Shown: positions 23,175 through 33,175 of the stretch, one piece after another
How the letters are laid out: every line of letters starts with the position of its first letter
Numbering within the stretch: position 1 is the first letter of the stretch
From: Antedon mediterranea
Lineage: Eukaryota > Animalia > Echinodermata
DNA length: 64,000 nucleotides
Direction of reading: 5' to 3'
Assembly (NCBI RefSeq): GCF_964355755.1
Contig: NC_092677.1
Location: 15,708,101 to 15,772,100 of the forward strand
The notes under the pieces: generated by a model
What the model was told of the DNA's origin: nothing
The model's input: only the letters and a program-made list of their open reading frames with translations
The model's database searches: none
Translations under genes and position numbers: made by a program

Positions 23175-24275
23175 AGTATTTATTCGAATTAACACCCGCT
23201 TTGAATAAAAGCCTCCCTCAAATAAACGCCACCATTCCCTCCAATAGAACATCATGTTAATACCATATTATACCCCAAATAAAGATGCCTCCCCTCCCAC
23301 TAAAAACCCTTTTGAACAATAAATGCCCGGGGCGTTTAATCGGATACACATGGCAAGTTACTTCTAGCATTCTGAAAAAACTGTTGAGCTTGACGTTTAT
23401 ATCAAAATGTTCTCATGGACAGCAATAACTAGTACTTGAAATTGAAACAATTTAAAGTATCACTATCAGTTATTGTATAAAATTACTGTCCAAGAATAAG
23501 TTGTGTAGAGATATGTTTTTTGTTTGAAACATTTAATAGTAATAGTATTTTCTGTTCATCTTTTAACCACATTTTCTATTACAATGAATGTAAATATGTA
23601 TATTTTGAACAATTTGATACCAAATTTAAGTTTCTACGACCAGTACTTACAGAGATATGAAGATGCCCTGGTATGTGGGTCAAAGGTCAGAAATGGCATT
23701 TCTGATCATTTTTTTACTAAAATGTCCCATTAGATTGAATATGAAAGCATGCCTTCTGAACATTTTAAGACCAAAATTGACTTGCTGCGACCAGTGGTTG
23801 CCGAGATACGAGTACCTTTATTTATTTGTTCATATAACCCTTGACCCTGACCCTTTGACCTTTTGTAAAATTTTTCAAAATGTGTAACAAATAACAAAAT
23901 ATATATTTCGAACAATTTAAAACCAAATTCAAGTGTCTACGACCAGTAGTTACGGAGATAAATACATGCCCTGGGTTGTGGGTCAAAGGTCATAAATGGC
24001 ATTTCCGGTCATTTTTAACTAAAATGTCCCATTAGACTGAATATAAATGTATACCTTCTGATAAATTTGAAACCAAAATTACTTCGCTGTGACCAGTGGT
24101 TGTTGAGATTTAAGGACATATTGGTGTTTGGTCTTATGACCTTTCACCATGACCTTTTGACCTTTCGCCACATTTTCAAAATGTGTAACCAAGCCAAAAA
24201 TGATTGTTTGACCACCCTAAACCAATTCTCTGGACCTCAAAGTGCATACGAAATTTGATCTAGCTACTAGAGTAA
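23175..24275. repeat. Right arm of the large inverted repeat
   Basis: Reverse complement of 19916-21337, ending GATCTAGCTACTAGAGTAA. Confidence 0.9.
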
Positions 24276-25098
24276 TTCACGTATGCATTCCTTACAAACA
24301 TATTTTTGATCCAACTCTTATGAACTTCAATGTACATTACTGTTTTTGTACATGGCAATTTACTAATAATCCAAAAATTAGATGGATTTATTGAAAATGA
24401 AATGTACAGTAATAACAGATAATTGTATAAAGAAACGTATGCAAGTATAACAAAATATGCAGATAGATTAAAAAAAACCCAAAAAACACTATGTTAAAAA
24501 AAAGTGTTAATGGAAATGTGTTAAATTGATTTTTAACAGAATACAGTAGAATATATGTATAAGTAGGCCTATGATATATTAAAGAGGATACAAGTAAAAG
24601 ATGTATAAAAAAAATATATGACATTGAATGAATAAAGGTGGTGGTTAACCACGAAAGAAAAAAAAAGTAATACATACATTATCGGATGCTTTTGTTTAAT
24701 ATATCAACAATCGGAAGACATTATATTTTAGTGATATAATTCGAAGTATCTGGAAACTCCCATTATTTTCGCGAGATTTTGGAGGTCTGTATTTTAATAG
24801 CATAAATGTTCATTTCAATTTATTATCCTAAGAATTTTTGACTAGTAATCGATCATCCGATGACAGTGCTAACTCATTTGGTAAGAGTTCAATTCCATGC
24901 TTGTGAGTAAAAGGTAATCACTGTGATCGATCGATTTATAAAATCATTTAGTGAACTGTGTTTGTATAGCTTATTAACAAAAATTAAAGTTGTCAATCAT
25001 TTTGTAACTTATTCAAAAGAACTTTATCTAATAGCTGTACTGTGTGTGCATAGTGTTAACCTACAAAACGGTCACATACAGTTTATAGCAATGTTATT

Positions 25099-26097
25099 AT
25101 GTTCGTGAATCAGTATTTTTTGTCAAACATGAACTGGTCATCCTCTGATACCGCTTTGATGAATGTAAACATATCACGTGATAAGCCAGGTGACTTAGAA
25201 TATCGGCATTATTTATACCTGATAGGATATACAATATTTGGAATTTTTGCCATTATTGGCAATACATTTGTGATATATGTGATACGTTCCACCGGGCATA
25301 TGTATTGTCTCAGCAATCATTTAATATGCAGCCTGGCGTCAGTTGATGTTATGACTGGTCTGATTATGGTATTTAATGCAGTTGCGTATTCAATTGAAGA
25401 TTTGCAAATTGCTGTGTGGATAGTAACTGTTTTGAGAGAAATATTGGGTATCATTTCTCTCAACCATATTTTCTTTTTGAGTATAGACCGATATATAGCA
25501 GTTTCTCGACCGTACTGGTATCAAAAACACAGCCACAAAACGGGAATAACGCGAACAGTTCTTATCTCTGTTTGGTTAATTCTTATACCTTTTTCGCTAG
25601 GTCTGTATGTCGTTCCTAGTGATACGTTTGTCGCTTGTCCGCATTCACCATTCGGCGATTTCGTACTTGTCGAATTTGTGACATACATGATGATGCTAGT
25701 TGAGATATTCATAACGGTTATTTTACACATTTTAATATTTTGCATTGCTAAACGTCATCAAAGACGTATCACAACAGAACTGAATGCAATTGAACTTAAC
25801 ACAAGACAGTTATTTAAGATCGAATTGAAAGCTTTCAAAACAACGATTATCGTGGTTGGGGCGTACTTATTGTTTAGTACTCCACTAATGGCTTTTTACG
25901 CGTTTGATATATTTTGCGCAGATTGGACTGATTACTATTTGTCGTTTGATGTTGTTTGGTTTGTTCTTCTTTGTAACTCTTCTGTAAATCCTGTTGTTTA
26001 CACTTTGCGACAAAGTGAATACAGGACCAAATCAAGGTTAATACTACGTGACTTTAAATTGTCAATGCTACTGAAAATGTTTCCAAAAATATTTTAG
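25099..26097 (+). CDS. Class A (rhodopsin-family) orphan GPCR, paralog 2
   Basis: 332 aa single ORF with an N-terminal N-glycosylation sequon, GN in TM1, SLASVD, SIDRY, CNSSVNPVVY; shares long identical blocks with paralog 1 (ISLNHIFFLSIDRYIAVSRPY, CADWTDY, VNPVVYTLRQ). Confidence 0.93.
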   Translation: MFVNQYFLSNMNWSSSDTALMNVNISRDKPGDLEYRHYLYLIGYTIFGIFAIIGNTFVIYVIRSTGHMYCLSNHLICSLASVDVMTGLIMVFNAVAYSIEDLQIAVWIVTVLREILGIISLNHIFFLSIDRYIAVSRPYWYQKHSHKTGITRTVLISVWLILIPFSLGLYVVPSDTFVACPHSPFGDFVLVEFVTYMMMLVEIFITVILHILIFCIAKRHQRRITTELNAIELNTRQLFKIELKAFKTTIIVVGAYLLFSTPLMAFYAFDIFCADWTDYYLSFDVVWFVLLCNSSVNPVVYTLRQSEYRTKSRLILRDFKLSMLLKMFPKIF

Positions 26098-26568
26098 TCT
26101 ATTTACACGCGCGCAACAATATCTATCTACTCCTGTCACGTGAAACATATTGCAAGTACTGTACGGGGGTTTGTAAACACATAATCTACTTTATTCAACT
26201 TTCTACCTAGTTGTTTCAAATGACACGATAGACTTGTTTCCAGCTTATATTATCATACTGTTAAAAAAAGAGGCTCTTGACTAGTGTTACAGGTATTACA
26301 ACATTGGCCTTCGTCATCTAGGTTAAACCAATCAAAAATTCATTGGCCCGTGAAAACCGACCAACCAAAAACTTTCAATAAAGTCATAAAAAGTAAAACA
26401 TGAGAAAGAAGCAGACTATAACCACAAATAAAATAAATATGAATAAAAACACATCGATTTCTATTATGAATTTGTACATTATGCTTTGAATAAATATAAT
26501 AACGAAATATAAACATTGTCAATGATGAAATAAATGAGTTTACCTAAAGCTGTTATATTAAGGCATAA

Positions 26569-26759
26569 AGGGCCTTTCACACCTGTTCCGGCACGGTTCC
26601 GGTCCGGCGAATCGAACGCCAATGTTTCGTTTTCACGACGCTCCACGCGGCCAAGCACCAATCGATATGCGCGTAGCCGCGTAAAAACGAAACATTGACG
26701 TTCTATTGGATTTGCCGTCGCCGGACCGGAACCGTGCCGGAACAGGTGTGAAAGGCCCT
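26569..26759. mobile_element. PIF/Harbinger-type MITE, family 3
   Basis: ~42 bp perfect TIRs AGGGCCTTTCACACCTGTTCCGGCACGGTTCCGGTCCGGCGA; TAA TSD (26566-26568, 26760-26762). Confidence 0.9.
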
Positions 26760-27404
26760 TAATACAGTATTTACTATTACTTTTAGTAGGTAAGCGATGC
26801 AGAACAACATGAATACATTAGTTATTCACTATTTTATTTAATAATGCACTAGGTGTGATGCTAGCGGGAAATGCTTTGCATAATATCAACAAGGGCGCAT
26901 ATTCGACCGACCCCACAGGGGAGTGCCACACTGGAGGTGCTGACCGGTCGTGGGCGACCAATGTTTTTTACTTTTTGTATGTACATAATTATTGTATGTC
27001 GTATGTATGTATGTAGATGCATTTAAATAATAGTTACCAAACTGGCAAGAACTCGCTTCTTTTTGGTGTACTGTTGGATGTAAAATGTAAACAAAATTAT
27101 AAATTGTAAATAATTACGGTAAAATATACTTCACTATACCGCATCCCATTGTATTCGGCTTTGAAGAGAACATATAGTATTTACTTATTGCCATAATTAA
27201 ATGTATTACTGCTTTTATTTTATTTACCTGTATAACATTGTAATGAATAGATCGCCTCTCAATAATACGATAAACTACAATAGCACATTTTCCAGATGTT
27301 ATAATTCACACAAATCTTCGCATATTGCAATTGTTTTCAAATTAATATAACCAGTTATCTTATTTTGGCAAGATGAGTTCAGACGTTTAAAGTAGTATTG
27401 CGAT

Positions 27405-29791
27405 ATGGATTTTATACAGGTAAGATTTGTGTTACTCACTTATTATAAATTAATTCAAATCAATTTATGAGAAAAAGTTATAAAACAAAACATAATCCAA
27501 TTAAATATCGCTTTTAGTACCGGTTAGTAAGTTTTTTTAAAAATCGTTAGAATTATTAGTCAACATTTAATTGCTGGTTAATAGGCCTAAGTTATATTTT
27601 GTGTGAAAGAAAATGAATTAGAGAAGGCCTAACTTGTAATGATCTTGATTAGCAATACTATGACTATGAATATAATGCAATTATTTAAAATAAAACAATA
27701 CCAACCCGTTTACAATTATGCAAAACAAATCGAGTTCAGCTTTTATCGATGTTGAATCGAGAAACAGTTACATTTGTGAAAACATGGCACCCTCAAATGT
27801 GCAAATCTTTACAAATTCACAATTCACTACATGACGCCGTAAAGTGTAAAGCTCTGTCTACACTATCAAAGTTTATGTGACAACAAACATGTGATGTGCC
27901 TATAAATGGACATGGTGATGTCATATTACTACTATATTTGGGCATATCACCACCATACATAGGCACCACCTTTTTTTTTTGTCAAACTAGTTTGATAGTG
28001 TAGACAGAGCTTAAAAACGATCATTTTTGACAAAATGAATTCTATAAATTTGCAAATCATTTTTTCAACCAAAATCAGTTTAGTTAAAATAATAAGCTAA
28101 TACGAAATATTTACGGGGTATTCTAACATAATATGTTTTCAATATATAGCCAGTTGCGTATTTAATTGTAGTAATATTAAATGAAGGCTGAAATAATCCG
28201 TTTTTTACAAAGCAAAAAAAAAAAATTTAAATAAAAAGAAACAAACAAAACAAACACAATTATGTCCGGGGATATTGAAGTTCATCACAGACTGATGTTC
28301 TTCTATTTCAAAGGAAATTTACAAAACATAATGAACTGAGAGTTTATTTGATTTTCTACATTAAAAAAATGCATTTGCGTTAAGCACGATTTGAACAATT
28401 TATGCAATTCAGCTTCATTAGTAACTTATAGAGTAAAATATAATCTCAGTTTAGAAAAACATTCGATTCTGCATCTGTCATTACATATTCGAACTAACTG
28501 TCTACAGTCAATTATAAACTTGTTTTAAGCTGAATTCAATAAACCCTTTCTTCTGGTTCCCAGCGGTGAACAAATTCAAGAAGAGTCTCCAAATGTTTCA
28601 ATAACAACATTTTCGTTAAAACTCCTCGATTCTCGTTTGTAAAAAAATGATGTGTGTTTATGCTTATTTGATTTATTTTTTTCAATTAGGTGTTGTTGAG
28701 TTTATGCTTATTTTATTTATTTTTTTCAATTAGGTGTTGACTGTTGTACTACTTTGGAACATTATTGGATTAGGAAAGGCAAGCACTGCGGCAATATGTA
28801 AGTAGTATAATTCTTCAACTAAAAAGCCTGTCAAGCCTGTTAAGTCGGCCCTCAATCATCTTGGTCAAACGTCTTTTTACCAGGAATGGCCATACAATGA
28901 CTACAAAATGCTAATGCTTAATATTTTATTTTACTATGCTACATCTTTTAGATATTCTGACAACTGTTGCGGATTTGCTCAACAGCAGAAAATGATTAAT
29001 TACAAAAAAATACCTTCTTTTCCAAAAAGTAATATAAAGTACATAACTGCACATAATAATAAAGTACATAACAACATTACATAAAACACTATTTGAATGA
29101 TACAATATACAATCAATTTTAGAAGTACTTTTAATTTCTTTTCAGATAAATGCCCCTACGATTGGAAACTTTTTGAAGATACTTGTTATTTGTTAGATGG
29201 CAGTTTACTCAACTGGAATGACGCTAACGCATTCTGTCAAAAACAAAATGCATCTTTGGTATCTATAACATCACAAAGCGAAAATGAATACATTCAACAG
29301 ATGGCACAGGACAAATCCTATGATTATATTTGGATTGGCCTGAATTTCCAGAACTTTTCTAGGAACTGGTATTGGACAACGGAAGAGATACTTCTGTATA
29401 CAAGTATGGAGATAATATAGTTTGTATAACAACTCGATGGAGCTTCATACCTTAGATCACCTATTAAGGGACACTTTTCTGTTAACCGAATAAACGCCGA
29501 TGTTTAATCTATATCGAGGTCACTTTTTTGGGTCCGAAGGTCTGATCTTAATAGCGGCTCTACTACAGAGAATAATATATATATTATAATATATATAAAT
29601 CCAAAGGCAAATTACTGAAAAAATGACAATGCTGTGGGTATCAGTGGCTGGATCTCAATGGAGATACAAAAAAAAAGCGAAAAGCTAAATCAAAACAATA
29701 AGTAAAACAGCCAGAAAAGTTAGCAGAGCTTTCGGGCAACACTAGCCCTTTATCAGTGCAAGTGAGCACTGTTTCTATAATTTACAGTATG

Positions 29792-29873
<82 letters not shown>

Positions 29874-32323
29874 TGATTTGTTAAGCCTCCACTGATTGTG
29901 AGGGCGTTTGTTGTATGAGAGAATGTATCTGGTGGGTGAAAATCTGTGATAATACCATACATGGCTCTGTGGTCTAGTGGTATGATACTCGCCCTGTAAG
30001 CGAGAGGTTGCAGGTTCGAATCCAGCCAGAGACATTTTTTCATACAACTAAAAAATACGGAACTTTCGCCAATGAGCTATGCTCGACGCGATTGTGAGAT
30101 CATGTTCCGAATATGAGCACTGTTTCTATAATTTACAGTATGATTTATATATAATTTACACAGTGCTACGCAACATCATTGATTTACATATACACAATAT
30201 TATTTAAAAAACCGTTGCGAATTAAAGTTGGAATTTATTCTGATTTGTTAAGCCTCCACTGATTGTGAGAACGTTTGTTGTATGAGAGAATGTATCTGGT
30301 GGGTGAAAATCTGTGATAATACCATACATGGCTCTGTGGTCTAGTGGTATGATACTCGCCCTGTAAGCGAGAGGTTGCAGGTTCGAATCCAGCCAGAGAC
30401 ATTTTTTCATACAACTAAAAAATACGGAACTTTCGCCAATGAGCTATGCTCGACGCGATTGTGAGATTATGTTCCGAATATGAGCACTGTTTCTACAATT
30501 TACAGTATGATTTATATATATATATATATCTATATATCAGTGTATCACCGGGCGGTTTGGAATTTATTTCTATGCCTGTTGTGTTTATATATATATATAT
30601 ATAATATAAATATTTACATTTTTATTATGTAATCAGTAATTATTTTCACCAGAAATTTCGGTCGAAATTACAGCTAATGTAAGTATTACGCACTGTTCAC
30701 GATAATGTAATTATTTTTTTTTACCTAGAATGGCAAGGAACACCAGACATCGCTTCGGGAGAGTGCGCATATTTCAATACATCGAATGGCTTATGGTCAA
30801 ATATGCTTTGTCAATCAAATAACACAGTAATGTGCCAGAAAGGTAAATGTTACAGTTACTGCCCTTACTATCGCCGTGAGCCTAGGTAGTTCGTACTTCG
30901 GACGCAACGACAGGATGTACAGTACTGTAGGCGCAACGCAAGAAAAGAATTAACCGAACACTCGCTTGCCATTGGTCAGCTCGCTTTAGGTGCCCTTAAG
31001 TCCTGGTGGGAACCAAGCTGTAAACAAACACCTGTATTGCATACAGTAGTACCGTACTCCATTCTTTTATTTACCTAAATTGTACAAGGTGGTACTTTTC
31101 TTCCAAATATTGAAGAAGTTTTAGTAGTTATAATTATATTTCTAAATAGGTGTTCAAAAGTTTGGCTGCCTTGATGAAACTTGGTATGGTAATAAAGACG
31201 AATGTTACAAATACTTCAACAATTGTACAACACATGATGAAGCCACACAAAGCTGTCGAAGTTTTCGAAATGCTGACCTAGCTAGTATCCATTCTTTAGA
31301 TGAAGATGAGTTTGTACAAACAATTATTGGAAACTTCTGCAATGAGACATGGCTCGGCCTGAACTACTCCAAAGAATTTGGTAAAATTTGAATATTTATA
31401 TAGTCGATTGCATATTTTAGTTACTAGATTACAGTTAAATATACTTTCATCGCTATAATGCGCCGGGTAACAAGTGTGCGTAAATATTATTAAAAATGAT
31501 TTGTAAAATTTAGTATAAACTATCGGATACAACTCGATTCTCAGTACAGTATCTCCACATATGACAATATGTGTCTAGTGTCAAAAATCGGTAATACCTA
31601 TACAAGTTTTCAGGTTTTACACACAGGCCTGTACCATAACATGTATAGGCTTATGTCCAATGATCATACAGTATGTATGTACCGGTATATGTTGTAATTG
31701 TTGCTTTATCACAAAAAGAGGTACTGGGCAAACTTAGATACACTCCTGAGAATTAGAGTGCACGGTAATTATATATTGATATGGACAGATGTATACATGA
31801 TTTACGGTGGAATTACTTTACAATTTTCGGAAAAAAAGTTCACTCACGTGCGTGCGTACCAGACTAATGAGCTCATATATCACCATAAGTAATCTTATAT
31901 TAATAGACGTTATCAATAACGATATTCACATTATTTATTTTATGTATATTTCTTTACAGATCTTCAATGGACTGATGAAACTGATGTTGAGTATTCGATT
32001 AACGGAATTAATCAAACTGATATAGATGGCAAATGTGCAGCATACAGTCAGGATGATGACATTTTCTCTTGGAAATTCATGGATTGTTCAACAGAAAATG
32101 CATATGTGTGTAAGGATATGAGAGGTAACAAACACATAACAAATCTCGCGTTCTGAATTGTTTCTATCAAATGGGTAAACAATAGCCAACTTTGTTTTAA
32201 TATAACATGTATGTTTTCCTTCTACAGTTTTAATACCTATCTTTTTTTTCAGCATTAACAATATTTATTTTCACAGCATTAACTAAGAAAATTTCTCCCC
32301 ACAGGTCAACATGTTATTACTAA
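27405..32323 (+). CDS. Gene A: secreted protein with two C-type lectin domains (~297 aa)
   Basis: Exons 27405-27419 (MDFIQ), 28734-28797 (VLTVVLLWNIIGLGKASTAAI), 29146-29403 and 30729-30842 (CTLD1: CPYDW...CY...C...WIGL...EC...W...C...C), 31150-31380 and 31960-32124 (CTLD2), probable terminal exon 32277-32323 with AATAAA at 32340. Terminal acceptor is uncertain; alternative 32836-32873. Confidence 0.82.
27850..28011. mobile_element. Harbinger-type MITE, family 2
   Basis: TIRs AGCTCTGTCTACACTATCAAA / TTTGATAGTGTAGACAGAGCT; TAA TSD. Confidence 0.85.
29723..29759 (-). ncRNA. Degenerate minimal (Penelope-type) hammerhead ribozyme motif
   Basis: Minus strand GCA-CUGAUAA-A-GGGC(UAGUGUU)GCCC-GAA-AGCU-C-UGC: stem I GCA/UGC, stem II GGGC/GCCC, palindromic stem III AGCU. 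Core position G8 is A here. Confidence 0.5.
29795..29870. repeat. (TA)n microsatellite
   Basis: About 38 uninterrupted TA units. Confidence 0.95.
29963..30034 (+). tRNA. tRNA-like unit (tRNA-Pro-like body, TGT anticodon); probable SINE head or pseudo-tRNA
   Basis: 72 nt cloverleaf GGCTCTG..CAGAGAC; A box TGGTCTAGTGG, B box GGTTCGAATCC; anticodon stem CTCGC/GCGAG, loop CCTGTAA; T6 terminator follows. Mismatches in acceptor and T stems; C at position 33. Confidence 0.55.
30330..30401 (+). tRNA. Second identical tRNA-like unit
   Basis: Identical to 29963-30034, 367 bp downstream within a tandem duplication. Confidence 0.55.
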
Positions 32324-33175
32324 TTTTCAATTTTAATTTAATAAACTAAGTATAAGTGTACAGGGTATAGGCTAAAGAAGATTACAAAAAGTAATTAATG
32401 AGTCTCATGAAAACAAAAACATAACCCAGAGGAATTGGAAGTTACAGCACAATGCATGCAAAAATCTACTACTGTGGTCGTCGTTATAATTCTCACAACA
32501 ATTTGGTAAGCCTTTAAATAGCATTGGTTTAGTTGTTATAGTCAATTTACACAGACACGTGGTAACGGTAATACAAATATAGAGTACATGTTATACTTAT
32601 GACCATTTACACAACGCAACAAGAAATGTTCACTGAACACATTCTGAAATTTGGCAGTTGGCGTGCCAGTCGACTTTCACATATCAGTCGACGTATAGTG
32701 GAGGTACAAATCGAAAGTCCATGTAAAGTGATTTTAGTTTACTTGTTGATATTGCTGCTACCACTGCTGATTAAATCTACCAAGGAAGCGTACTGAATTT
32801 TACAAATGACAATAATTTACGTTTTCCTTCTGTAGAATGGTCAACAAATGAAGAGGACATAACGTTTGACTGATGGTAGACAAACTAAAGTCCAAATACT
32901 GTTATGAGGTTAGTAATAGTTGCAACATATAATGAATAACTCACAAAACCAAAAATAAAAAAAAGGCTATTTCATCTGTTTATTTATAATCTCAGTTGAT
33001 AACATTCATCCATCCAATGTTGGTTAGTTTATGCTTTGCTATTTATATCTTACATTTGATCTTTTATAATCGAAGGAATAATTGAAGCAAAGGAATAATT
33101 GAAAGTAGCTTTGGGCGAAGTCTATGTATCGAACTCGTAACCAACCTTCAATGATCTGGTTAAAAGCATACGTAA

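Larger units (their letters stand above)
29575..30600. mobile_element. (TA)n-flanked composite insertion in a gene A intron
   Basis: Absent from the homologous gene B intron (56798-57070), where only a short ATATATAATATA remains; bounded and punctuated by (TA)n; contains two tRNA-like units and a hammerhead-like motif. Confidence 0.75.

Noticed and set aside
19869-24258. Paired ORFs sharing CDQWLLRFKDILVFG on opposite strands
   Set aside because: By-product of the inverted repeat arms; no domain signature.
29753-30047. ORFs with poly-(IY) tracts
   Set aside because: Translation of the (TA)n microsatellite and the antisense strand of the tRNA-like repeat.
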